Source: Candidatus Bathyarchaeota archaeon (GTDB lineage Archaea; Thermoproteota; Bathyarchaeia; TCS64). Taken from it: a stretch of 64,000 nucleotides of DNA. The notes under the pieces are model-generated. The model had not been told where the DNA came from, searched no databases, and saw only the letters and a list, made by a program, of their open reading frames with translations. Where the stretch lies: the NCBI GenBank assembly GCA_050053595.1, contig JASFTK010000001.1, positions 25,842-89,841 of the forward strand. The letters are read 5' to 3'. The translations under genes and the position numbers were made by a program. Positions 47,364-56,642 of the stretch are shown one piece after another; within the stretch, counting starts at the first letter, position 1, and each line of letters begins with the position of its first letter.

Positions 47364-47774
47364 ATGCCGTCGAAGAAAAAAGCGCAGCTCACCGTTGGAA
47401 AGAGAAAGACATCCAAGGCAAGGGTCGTCATCGCTCCGGGGAAGGGACGTATCAGGGTCAACAACAAGCCGATCTCATTATATCAGCCCCTTATAGCAAG
47501 GGAGAAGATACTGGAGTCCATCTGGATCGCCGGGGACGTTGTGGACGACATCGATATCAGCGCCAAGGTCCACGGTGGAGGTTTCATGAGCCAGGCTGAA
47601 GCCGTCAGGATGGGAGTCGCCCAGGGCCTTGTCAAGTGGACTAGGAGCAAGAGACTGAGGAAGACCTACATCGATTATGACAGGACCATGCTGGCAGGGG
47701 ACGCCCGCCGCAAGGAACCCAAGAAGTTCGGTGGACCAGGCGCCCGGAGCAAGAAGCAGAAGAGCTACAGGTGA
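47364..47774 (+). CDS. rps9: 30S ribosomal protein uS9
   Basis: GKRKTS, GGG..SQA and EPKKFGGPGAR..QKSYR motifs. Confidence 0.97.
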   Translation: MPSKKKAQLTVGKRKTSKARVVIAPGKGRIRVNNKPISLYQPLIAREKILESIWIAGDVVDDIDISAKVHGGGFMSQAEAVRMGVAQGLVKWTRSKRLRKTYIDYDRTMLAGDARRKEPKKFGGPGARSKKQKSYR

Positions 47775-47781
47775 TATCCCC

Positions 47782-48093
47782 ATGGTCAGGATGATCTCAC
47801 CAGTCGTTAGATCAGGCGACAAGGAGCGCCCGGGAAAAGGTTTCTCCATGGATGAACTTCAGGAAGCCGGCCTCAACGCCGGCGAGGCACGCCACCTAGG
47901 GATCCCCGTGGACCCGAGGAGGAGCACCAGCTATCCTGAGAACGTTGAGGGCCTCAAAGAGTGGATCGAGGAAGCCCGGAGGGAGGGTTTCAGGGTCCCC
48001 AAGGTCAAACAGTCCTCGAAGGGGCAGAGAGGCAGGGCCCATAGAGGTCTCACCAGCTCCGGGAAGAAGATGAGAGCCCTCAAGAAAACCTGA
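47782..48093 (+). CDS. rpl13e: Ribosomal protein eL13 with an eL15-like C-terminal extension
   Basis: R.GKGFS..EL..AGL....A..LGIPVD.RR....ENV..L; start reassigned to ATG 47782. Confidence 0.88.
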   Translation: MVRMISPVVRSGDKERPGKGFSMDELQEAGLNAGEARHLGIPVDPRRSTSYPENVEGLKEWIEEARREGFRVPKVKQSSKGQRGRAHRGLTSSGKKMRALKKT

Positions 48094-48242
48094 TTTAGTT
48101 CCCCCCCAGTCGTCTGGTTCTCTAAATGCGTTTCGCCCCAACTCTGTCATTTGAGTGGGATGTGGAAATTTACAGGGGGCTTCTCGGCTTGTCCTTGAAA
48201 CTATCCTGTGAATGTTTTTTAAGGGTCTGATGCCCGGTTCGA

Positions 48243-48704
48243 TTGGAGTGTACTATGGAGGGCGATTACCGATACGGCAGGTGCGGGGTGTTCTGTGAGA
48301 TGTGCTCCACAGGGAATGGGAGAGTCAAGGAACTAGCCGAGGAGTTGAGACGGCTCACAGCAGGATTTTTCAAGGTCTTCCCTCCTGGACATGGGGACTT
48401 CGATTGGGACCAGTATAGGAAGGGCCTCGACTACTTCTGTGAGAGTTATGGTTGTCCCACCTGTCTAGGCATAGAGGATCCCTGGTGTGAGGTCTTGAAA
48501 TGCGAAAAGGTGGAGGAGAAAGGGAGCTGCCTCGTCTGCGCGGAGTTCTTGGAGTGCCCCCGGACCGAGTACCAGCGGGACAGATACCCCTTTGTCATCG
48601 TTCATTATAGGAGAGTTGCCGAGAAGGGACTGGAGGCGCTGTTCGAGGAGGAGAGGGAGAAGGCGGAATCCGGTGTCCTACTCCAAGATATAAGGAGATA
48701 CTGA
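48243..48704 (+). CDS. Cys-rich DUF3795-like metal-binding protein
   Basis: CGVFCEMC, CPTC, C.V..C and C..C.EF..C pattern. Confidence 0.72.
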   Translation: MECTMEGDYRYGRCGVFCEMCSTGNGRVKELAEELRRLTAGFFKVFPPGHGDFDWDQYRKGLDYFCESYGCPTCLGIEDPWCEVLKCEKVEEKGSCLVCAEFLECPRTEYQRDRYPFVIVHYRRVAEKGLEALFEEEREKAESGVLLQDIRRY

Positions 48705-48753
48705 GGGCGGGAAGGAGCAAAAAACATATAGAAAAATTCGGATAGGAAGGCGG

Positions 48754-49908
48754 TCAGAGCTTGGCTAGGGCCTTCTCCGTCCTGTCCAGGGCCTCGTTCA
48801 TGATGGCCTCACTAGTGGCGATGCACAATCTGAGGTGGCCCTCACCCTTGGCTCCGAACTTGGAACCCGTCTCGTAAGCTACCTTCCCCTCTTCTAAGAG
48901 ATATTCGAAGAGCTCGTCGCTGGTCTTCCCGTAGTCGAACTTGGGGAACATCAGATACGTCCCCTCTAGTTTTGGGACGGTCACATTGGGGAGTTCTCCG
49001 AGGCGTTTCTCGCAGAGGGCCCTCATCTTGTGGAGGTGTTCCATTATGTCTCGACGCCACCAGTCCAGCTTCTTTCCCAGCATCACTGGCGCCGCAGCCT
49101 TGGCAAGAGTGCTTGTGGTCCGGGTGATGTCCGCTGCATGCCTTCTCAGACTCTCCATCATACCCTTGTCGGTGGCGCATGTGTAGCCCATCCTTAGCCC
49201 TGCGACTCCAAAGGTCTTGGAGAAACCCCATGTTGTCATGGTGAGCCTCTCTATCTCGGGGTTGAGTGCCGCCAAGGTGATGTGTTCCCGACCATCGTAG
49301 AGGATATCCTCCCAGAGCTCGTCAACCATGACGACTATCTCATTGTCAACCGCTACATCAGCGATGCCCTTGAGTTCCTCTTCAGTCATAACACGGCCTG
49401 CAGGGTTGTGGGGGTTGCAGACGAAGATGAGCTTGGTCTTGGGGGTCACCAGCCCCTTGAGGCGTTCGATGTCGAAAGTATATCCCTCATTCATATTGAG
49501 AGGCCAGTGGACCGGTTTGGTCCCCGTCACCTCCTGAGATGTGTAGAAATGGAAGTACATCGGGTCGGTGACGATAACCTCGTCCCCTGCCTGGCAGGCG
49601 TGCCTCACGGCGAGCCACATCGCGGGTATAACGCCCTGGGTTATCAGTATATCCTCGGCTTTGGCATCTAAGCCGTTCCTCCTCTCCACCTTTTCAGCCA
49701 TCGCCTCCATGGTGGGCTCGTCGAAGTTGTAGAAGAGGTCCTCGTCCTGGACTGCGTTGATGAGGGCCTTCTTGATCTCCATTGCCACTGGAAAATCCGG
49801 GTCCGCTATCCAGAGGGGTATGACATCCTCAGGGTAAGTGTGCCACTTTTTACCTGGAGCAGCGAGCATCCCCTCGATTGAAGCGGAGTTGAACGGTGCA
49901 TGGTACAA
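48754..49908 (-). CDS. PatB/MalY-type PLP C-S lyase/aminotransferase
   Basis: IPLWIAD.DF, CNPHNP.GRV, DE and SKTFG.AG motifs. Confidence 0.9.
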   Translation of the reverse strand: MYHAPFNSASIEGMLAAPGKKWHTYPEDVIPLWIADPDFPVAMEIKKALINAVQDEDLFYNFDEPTMEAMAEKVERRNGLDAKAEDILITQGVIPAMWLAVRHACQAGDEVIVTDPMYFHFYTSQEVTGTKPVHWPLNMNEGYTFDIERLKGLVTPKTKLIFVCNPHNPAGRVMTEEELKGIADVAVDNEIVVMVDELWEDILYDGREHITLAALNPEIERLTMTTWGFSKTFGVAGLRMGYTCATDKGMMESLRRHAADITRTTSTLAKAAAPVMLGKKLDWWRRDIMEHLHKMRALCEKRLGELPNVTVPKLEGTYLMFPKFDYGKTSDELFEYLLEEGKVAYETGSKFGAKGEGHLRLCIATSEAIMNEALDRTEKALAKL

Positions 49909-50231
49909 TTCTCTTCACCTATGTTAGAGATGGTGTGAACCGGTCCCATTTATTTCTGTTGAAAAATATCTCTGCATACACTAAAAAACCGTGATTATCG
50001 AGATTTGAAGCCCTCCTATAGTAGCAAATCTTAAAAATATTTGAATTAAAAAGGGGTCCAATGTTTATCCCTATTATAGTCCTACTGAACAAAATCGTTG
50101 CCCCTAATGTTCTTACCAGATGCCGTTGAGGGAAGCAAAAATGCTTGTTTGTTTGAGTCGTAGGAGAGAGTACAAGGTGGTCAACTCGTTTTTTACTTTG
50201 ATAGGATCATCAAAATGGGGGTGGGGAGAGG

Positions 50232-51239
50232 ATGGTTAAACACAAGATAGCCTCCCTCTACGCCTACATCCCGAGGGAACATCAGATAGAGAAGTTTTGC
50301 TGTAATTTAGACCCTGGGACCTTTGAATTCGTGGTGATCCCCAAGGACCCCACCGAGGAAGAGATCAAAGAAACCATCTCGGGAGCATCCATGATACTCA
50401 TGGCTCCGAGATCCCCCTTCCTAGATCGGGCTCGCCTTGAGTCCGTCGAGGAACTCCGACTGGTCCAGTTCATGTCTGTCGGTTATGACAATATCGACCT
50501 CGAAGCATCCAAAGAGCTGGGGATATCTGTCGCCAACAACGCGGGATACAACGCCGTCGCCGTCGCAGAACATGCTATCATGATGATCCTAGTCCTCCTC
50601 AAGAAGGCCTTCTTGGCCCACCAGGGCGTGATACAGGGTGGTTGGCCACAACAGGAGCTCATAGATAAAGACAAATATCTCTACGAGCTCCGGGGAAAAA
50701 CCCTGGGGGTCCTAGGTCTGGGGAACATAGGAGTGGAGGTTGCAAAGAGAGGAGTGGCGTTCGAAGCGCGGGTCCTGTACAATAAGAGGAACCGCCTCAG
50801 AGAGGGGAAAGAGAGGGGTTTGGGTGTTGAGTACGCCACCCTTGAAGAGCTACTGAGAGAGTCTGATGTCCTCAGCGTTCACACACCCCTCACCAACGAG
50901 ACACGGGGGATGATAGGGAGGGAGCAGATAGGGATGATGAAGACCGGGGCAATCTTGGTCAACACCGCGAGGAAAGGCATTGTCGACGACGCGGCTGTGG
51001 CTGAAGCCCTGAGGAGCGGGAAGCTCTGGGGGGTTGGGATCGACGTACCAAGAACACCTGAGGAGCAGGACGAGCTCAGGGAGATATTCAAGGGGTTGGA
51101 CAACGTGGTCCTGACGCCCCACATCGCCAGTGGCACCTGGAACGCTTCAGAGCAGTTCTTCGACCAGATAAGGGACCAGATCACCCGGTTCACTAGGGGG
51201 GAGAAACCCCTCTACCTGTTGAACGACGTCTGGGGCTAA
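50232..51239 (+). CDS. D-isomer-specific 2-hydroxyacid dehydrogenase
   Basis: VGYDNID, GLGNIG, NTARKG and TPHIA motifs. Confidence 0.92.
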   Translation: MVKHKIASLYAYIPREHQIEKFCCNLDPGTFEFVVIPKDPTEEEIKETISGASMILMAPRSPFLDRARLESVEELRLVQFMSVGYDNIDLEASKELGISVANNAGYNAVAVAEHAIMMILVLLKKAFLAHQGVIQGGWPQQELIDKDKYLYELRGKTLGVLGLGNIGVEVAKRGVAFEARVLYNKRNRLREGKERGLGVEYATLEELLRESDVLSVHTPLTNETRGMIGREQIGMMKTGAILVNTARKGIVDDAAVAEALRSGKLWGVGIDVPRTPEEQDELREIFKGLDNVVLTPHIASGTWNASEQFFDQIRDQITRFTRGEKPLYLLNDVWG

Positions 51240-51322
51240 CTGATATGTCCAATCCCCTCGGTCGGAAAGTGCAAAACATCCAGTGAAGCCAGCGGGGTAT
51301 TTTGAGATAAAGGAGGGTTGAG

Positions 51323-52510
51323 ATGGGAGAGGAGACGGCAGAACCCGGGCGTATGATACTGCCTACACTGGTCTTCTCCCGATTCGCTACGATGCCCCCA
51401 GGCATCTTGACAGGCCTCCTCCTGCTCGACATCGGCGAGACCTTCAGTTTAACGGTTGGGATCGCTGGGCAGGTCAGGTCAGCCGCCTCTGTGGTGGGGG
51501 TCGTCTTCGCCCTCCTGATCGGAGGCCTCAGCCTCAGGTTCAAGCCCAAGCCTCTTCTCCTAGCAGGCCTCTCCATCCTCGTGGTCTCAGCGGTTGGCTG
51601 CGCCCTCGCCCCCAGCTTCCCCGTCCTTCTCTCTGCATACGCCCTGACAGGCGTCGTGGTTGCCCTAGTGGGCCCCATGACTTTCACCTTGGTAGCTGAT
51701 CACTTCCCCCGGGATCAGAGGGCCAATGCCATAAGCTGGATCATCGCCGGGATGTCAGGCTCCTACCTAGTCGGAGCCCCGATCATAGGCTACATCTCGG
51801 GGTTCGTGGGATGGCGGGGGGCTTTCCTCTGGTTCGTGCTACCCGTCTCTCTCCTAGGACTGCTGATGGCCCAGACCTTCATCCCCTCCAAAGGTAGGCC
51901 AGACCTGGAGGGTCAGAGGGTTGAGGCGGGGCTCCTCAAGGGCTTTACAAAAGTGCTCACGGATATCTCATCCCTCTCATGCCTTTCGGGCACCGCCTTA
52001 GTCGCGGCGGCCTACATGGCTATGGTGAGCTACGCCCCCTCCTTCTACAGGGAGAGATTTGGCCTCTCAACCGCCCAGGCATCCCTACTGATCATTGTCT
52101 CCTCCGTCTTCTTCATCGCGGGGACCCGCCTTAGCGCTGGGCTTGTCAGAACCTATGGCCGGAAGCCTATAACCCTATGGCTCTCTGCTCTCGCCGCAGT
52201 CTCCATAGTCGCATACCTGAACCTCCCTGACCTGTGGCTCTCCCTCGCCGCCCGATTCTTGGGGAGCACAATATCCGCCATCGTCTTCACCGCTACCAAC
52301 GCTCTGACCTTGGAGCAGCTCCCAGGGTTCCGGAGCACCGTCATGTCACTGAACCAGTCGGCCTTCAGTCTCGGAGGGTTCCTAGGCACGGCTCTGGGGG
52401 GGCTTGTCATCATGATCTCAGGCTATAAAACGATGGGGGTCACCCACGGGGCGATGATGTTCATAGCCATGATTGTCCTCCACTTATATGCGGCGGACCC
52501 CACCGATTGA
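51323..52510 (+). CDS. MFS transporter
   Basis: 12-TM pattern; RANAISW and YGRK motifs. Confidence 0.88.
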   Translation: MGEETAEPGRMILPTLVFSRFATMPPGILTGLLLLDIGETFSLTVGIAGQVRSAASVVGVVFALLIGGLSLRFKPKPLLLAGLSILVVSAVGCALAPSFPVLLSAYALTGVVVALVGPMTFTLVADHFPRDQRANAISWIIAGMSGSYLVGAPIIGYISGFVGWRGAFLWFVLPVSLLGLLMAQTFIPSKGRPDLEGQRVEAGLLKGFTKVLTDISSLSCLSGTALVAAAYMAMVSYAPSFYRERFGLSTAQASLLIIVSSVFFIAGTRLSAGLVRTYGRKPITLWLSALAAVSIVAYLNLPDLWLSLAARFLGSTISAIVFTATNALTLEQLPGFRSTVMSLNQSAFSLGGFLGTALGGLVIMISGYKTMGVTHGAMMFIAMIVLHLYAADPTD

Positions 52511-52577
52511 GGGTCCCCCGTTTAGATCGTAAACAATATAACAGAGCCCCCTTTTTGGTAGGGGGAAGGTACAGGCT

Positions 52578-52835
52578 TTGATAGTTCTACTCTACTTCGA
52601 CTGGGTCGGAAGCTCCAAGGAGCTCAAGGCCTGGGAAACGAAGATCCAAGAGTCCTGCGAGAAGACGGGCGTCGAGTACATGGGCCTCTACGGTTCCATG
52701 AACGAGAAATGGAACTTTGTAAGCATCTTCAAGACCAATGGCTACGAGAAATTCCTCGAAATGGGCAAGAACGTTGTCCGGCACGCCAAGATGCCCCACC
52801 ATATAGCCGAGGTCCTACTGCCCCAAGAGTTCTGA
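52578..52835 (+). CDS. Small hypothetical protein (possibly GYD/ferredoxin-like fold)
   Basis: Coding-like composition, TTG start, own promoter region. Confidence 0.65.
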   Translation: MIVLLYFDWVGSSKELKAWETKIQESCEKTGVEYMGLYGSMNEKWNFVSIFKTNGYEKFLEMGKNVVRHAKMPHHIAEVLLPQEF

Positions 52836-52888
52836 GGACAACGCATCCACCCTTTTCTCCATCCACACAGCACAGAGGAAACTAGACC

Positions 52889-53794
52889 CTACAATAGGCG
52901 GGCTCCCTGATCGTCCACAGGCAGGATACAGACCCTCCGCCTAGGCGCGGCTTCCCTGAAGAGCGCGGCCCCGAGATCTGCTTCACCCCTAGGGACAAGG
53001 GAGAAGAGTGCTTCCCCGAACATCGCCATGGAGCACGGGAATCCTGCCTTGTCCGCCTGGTCCATCACCCTCTTCATACGGGGGGTTACGATATTGACAT
53101 GTTCAGTGAACCTCCTGGAGAACTCCATGAATGTGGTGGGGTTCAGATCCTCTCTGAACTGGTCGACGAATCTACCGCCTAGGGCATTGATCCTCTCCCT
53201 CAAACGGGGGTCCGAGAGGGACTCAGCCGTGGATATAGGCCCGAAGTGGAGATAGACACAGGATAACTCGTTGCTCCTACCATACTTCAGGGCTTCCCCG
53301 ACCCCCGGAGCCCCAGGTCTATAGAGGACGCCGAACCCCCCCTGGGTCACGGCGAAGACGGTCCCCAACCCCGTCTTGCACTCTATCTCTGCTACATGGG
53401 CCACCCGGCCCACCTCCACATATGAGAGGCCCAGTTCAAGGACCTCGTTCAGGGCTAGGGCCAGAGTGATCGCCCCTCCACCGCTGGAGCCAAAACCCGC
53501 CCCTATAGGGACCCCTATCTCGTGGGTGATCTCGAGCCTCCAACACCCGTTGCTCTTGGAGAGCATCCTCTTGGCGACGTTCTCCGAGACCACAGCCTCC
53601 TTAGTGAACGCTCCATTCATCTTTACCTGGATCGATATAGATTCTGCGGGTTCCACCATGACCTCCGTGTGGATCCCTTGGGCTATGGAGAATCCGGCCC
53701 CCCGAGAGCCCTTCAGCAGGGGGTCATCGGGCTCGTCGCATATCTGGAAGAAACCCGTCAGATGGCCTGGGGCGAAGGCAGATGCTTCCCTCAT
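52889..53794 (-). CDS. Pantoate kinase (GHMP family)
   Basis: FAPGHLTGFF, PIGAGFGSSG and AHVAE...TGLG motifs; adjacent to PPS. Confidence 0.92.
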   Translation of the reverse strand: MREASAFAPGHLTGFFQICDEPDDPLLKGSRGAGFSIAQGIHTEVMVEPAESISIQVKMNGAFTKEAVVSENVAKRMLSKSNGCWRLEITHEIGVPIGAGFGSSGGGAITLALALNEVLELGLSYVEVGRVAHVAEIECKTGLGTVFAVTQGGFGVLYRPGAPGVGEALKYGRSNELSCVYLHFGPISTAESLSDPRLRERINALGGRFVDQFREDLNPTTFMEFSRRFTEHVNIVTPRMKRVMDQADKAGFPCSMAMFGEALFSLVPRGEADLGAALFREAAPRRRVCILPVDDQGARLL

Positions 53795-53855
53795 CTTCGG
53801 TTCAATATTCTCCTCCTCTACCCCCGATAAGGGTTACGTGGCACCGGATACTTCA

Positions 53856-54647
53856 CTAGCCAGGCTTGAGGTAGATCCCCTTCTCGGAGAGGGCGTGGAG
53901 CCTCTCCTCCATAACCCTCATCGCATCTGAGAGGACTTCTCCGTTGTCGAACCCTGATCGGATAGACCTGAGCTCCTCGTTGTCCAGTCTCCTCAGCCTC
54001 TCGGCTTCCTCGACAAGGAGGGGCATAGCCCTGACGATGTTGTCCACTATGGTCACCGTGGCGAACTGGGCTGTCCTCGACATCGGGTTCAGGTCGACGG
54101 TTATCACTTTCTTCCCCATACTGACGAGGCCCTCCGTCCTATCCCCATCCTCCAGGGGGACGAAGACGACATCGGCGACGTATATCCCCCTAGGGTCCAC
54201 CGTCCTCCTATCGCTGAAGACCTCCTCTATCCTTGCCGTCGCCGTGCCCCCCACCCCCAGGACCTCCTCTGCCCCAGCCTCCCTGAGCACCCTCTCTATC
54301 GCCTCCTCCCTCCCCGGCTGCCTGTGGAACAGGTTCACCTCCAACCTTGCCCCGGTCGCCCGGGAGAGCCCCACAAGCCCATCCGCGCAGAGGGCTGCTA
54401 CGTTCCCGTTCACCGACAAAACCGGCCGCTCTGCGAGGAGCAGGGTCGCTGCAGCGACCTTGATGGCTCTCATGGCTGAGGGGGTGGTCTCCTCCCCTAG
54501 GATGTAGTCGAACGCCTCCCCTCTCCCGTGGGCTATGAGCCCCGCCAGAGCCAGTACCTTGGTCCCGATGTGGCCTGTCAGCCTCTCCCTGATCCTGATG
54601 GACTCAGCCCTCGGGTGCTCATCAGATACATGGTGCTCCCTCGTCAT
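53856..54647 (-). CDS. 4-phosphopantoate--beta-alanine ligase (archaeal phosphopantothenate synthetase)
   Basis: HPR..S..IRE, GLIAHGRGEAFDY, VPLEDGDR and DLNP.SRT motifs. Confidence 0.95.
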   Translation of the reverse strand: MTREHHVSDEHPRAESIRIRERLTGHIGTKVLALAGLIAHGRGEAFDYILGEETTPSAMRAIKVAAATLLLAERPVLSVNGNVAALCADGLVGLSRATGARLEVNLFHRQPGREEAIERVLREAGAEEVLGVGGTATARIEEVFSDRRTVDPRGIYVADVVFVPLEDGDRTEGLVSMGKKVITVDLNPMSRTAQFATVTIVDNIVRAMPLLVEEAERLRRLDNEELRSIRSGFDNGEVLSDAMRVMEERLHALSEKGIYLKPG

Positions 54648-54753
54648 GGTATTCTCCTCTCTGGTAGGATCATAATATTATCTATGGATTAATCTTGAGG
54701 GGTGTCCCGTAAAAAAATCGGGGAATGGGTTTCCACTGCGGGTCGCAGGGACC

Positions 54754-55983
54754 TCAGAGATCCTTGTAGTTGATCTCGTCGCCGGGGGCGTAGGTGGGGG
54801 CTTCGACCTCGAAGAGGTCGGTGTACTTGAGGCCTGAGCCGGTGTTGAAGAGGACCACCCTCTCATCCCGGTCCACCTGACCATCGGCGAGGAGACGCTT
54901 CAAACCTGACAGGGTTGCGGCCCCCTCGGGGCAGGCGAAGAGACCCTCTTCCCTGGCTATGAGACCGACGTCGTCCATGATCTTGTCGTCGGGGACAGCC
55001 ACCGCTGAGCCTCCACTCTCCCTGACGGCCCTGAGGACAAGGAAGTCTCCCAGAGCGTGGGGGACCCTCAAGCCCGCGGCTAGGGTCTCCGCTCCCTCCC
55101 AGAACTCGGACTCCTCCTTCCCCTCGTCGAAGGCTTTGGGGATGGGGGCGCAGCCCGAGGCTTGGACGGAGACCATCCGGGGGCGCTCGCTCCCTATCCA
55201 TCCTAACTCCTCAAGCTCGTCGAAGACCTTCCACATCCCTATGATCCCTGTGCCTCCGCCTGTCGGGTAGATGATGACATCAGGGAGCTCCCAGTCGAAC
55301 TGCTCAGCGACCTCGAGGCCCATGGTCTTCTTCCCTTCGACCCTGTACGGCTCCTTGAGGGTGGAGAGGGGGAACCAGTCCATCTCGGGTATGCCGTCAG
55401 CCACCATCTTCCCGGCGTCGGTGATGAGCCCCTCGACCAACACCACCTTGGCACCGACCACCTGACACTCCACCTTGTTGACATCGGGGGCATCAACCGG
55501 CATGAAGACGTAACTCTCCATCCCCGCCCGTGCGCCGTAAGCTGTCATCGCCCCCGCGGCGTTCCCCGCGCTGGGGAGAGCCAAGCGTCTGATCCCCAGC
55601 TCCTTGGCCTTGGAGACCGCCATCGCGAGGCCCCTGGCCTTGAAGGTGCCAGTGGATATGATCCCCTCGTCCTTGACATAGAGGTCGGGTAGGCCTATGG
55701 TCTCCCCTAATCTTGTGACGTGGGTCAGGGGGGTCCAACCCTCGCCGAGGGAGACCTTGTTCACGGGGTCCTTGACTGGGAGGAGATCCCAGTACCTCCA
55801 CATTGAAGCCTCCCCCCCGACGAAATCCTCTGGACCCACGACCTCCTTCACCGCTTCCATGTCGTACCGAGCGAAGAGAGGCTTGCCACACTCCTTGCAG
55901 ACCGTCTGCACTTCAGTGTGGTCGTGTTTCTTACCGCACTTTGAGCATTCTAGGTGCGTAAAATAGCTCATGATGATCTGCAT
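54754..55983 (-). CDS. thrC: Threonine synthase-family PLP enzyme
   Basis: N-terminal CxxC pairs, SLGEG.TPL, TGTFKARG, SAGNA, EGKKT and PTGGG motifs. Confidence 0.85.
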   Translation of the reverse strand: MQIIMSYFTHLECSKCGKKHDHTEVQTVCKECGKPLFARYDMEAVKEVVGPEDFVGGEASMWRYWDLLPVKDPVNKVSLGEGWTPLTHVTRLGETIGLPDLYVKDEGIISTGTFKARGLAMAVSKAKELGIRRLALPSAGNAAGAMTAYGARAGMESYVFMPVDAPDVNKVECQVVGAKVVLVEGLITDAGKMVADGIPEMDWFPLSTLKEPYRVEGKKTMGLEVAEQFDWELPDVIIYPTGGGTGIIGMWKVFDELEELGWIGSERPRMVSVQASGCAPIPKAFDEGKEESEFWEGAETLAAGLRVPHALGDFLVLRAVRESGGSAVAVPDDKIMDDVGLIAREEGLFACPEGAATLSGLKRLLADGQVDRDERVVLFNTGSGLKYTDLFEVEAPTYAPGDEINYKDL

Positions 55984-56121
55984 AGGAGGGTCATGGTACT
56001 TTAAATTTTATTCGAATTCCCCAACAGACAATCAAGAGAACATACCCCGATCCATCCCAACCGTGGTTCAGGGGGTTGTTTGTTGAAAAGTCTTTTAGGG
56101 GTAGCCGTGTTAGATTTAGCC

Positions 56122-56379
56122 ATGTCGAAAAGTCTGGAGAAGGTGGGGGAGATCACCCATTACTTCACCCGGATCGGCGTCGGCGTGGTGGATGTGAACG
56201 GCGCGATAAAGATCGGAGACCGGATCGCGATCAAGGGGATGACCACCAACTTCGAGATGACCGTCAAGTCCATGCAGATAGAGGGCGAGGACATCGAGGA
56301 GGCCAAAGCGGGCGACGACATAGGGATGAAGGTGGACGACAGGGTCCGCGAGGGCGACATTGTCTACAAACTCAAGTAG
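56122..56379 (+). CDS. Small beta-barrel protein (EF-Tu domain II / U32 C-terminal-like)
   Basis: VGEITHYF.RIGV, GD.I.I.G, SMQI and VREGD.VY pattern. Confidence 0.82.
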   Translation: MSKSLEKVGEITHYFTRIGVGVVDVNGAIKIGDRIAIKGMTTNFEMTVKSMQIEGEDIEEAKAGDDIGMKVDDRVREGDIVYKLK

Positions 56380-56452
56380 CGATAGACCCAAACAGTAACC
56401 CTTTTATTCTTAACACCCATCAAACCTATCCACAAACCTACTTGAGGAATAC

Positions 56453-56522
56453 AAATGGGGTATCGTTTTGTCCAGTCCCCAGGAATGGGGGAACAGTAAA
56501 TGGGGTATCGTTTTATCCAGTC
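56453..56522. repeat. Two 25-bp direct repeats (1 mismatch) with a 20-nt spacer
   Basis: AAATGGGGTATCGTTTTGTCCAGTC (56453-56477) and AAATGGGGTATCGTTTTATCCAGTC (56498-56522). Confidence 0.9.
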
Positions 56523-56642
56523 TCTATGAACCTCATCAGAGAAACAGCGCTGAACGGCATAATCGGCCGAGCGTAAAAATTTTCAAGGAAAAGAAGACCG
56601 GCAGACCAGCCATGGCCGGGCCAATAGTATGGAGGCCCCGCT

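Noticed and set aside
56453..56522. Mini CRISPR array
   Set aside because: Only two repeats, a 20-nt spacer, no typical repeat end and no cas genes in the window
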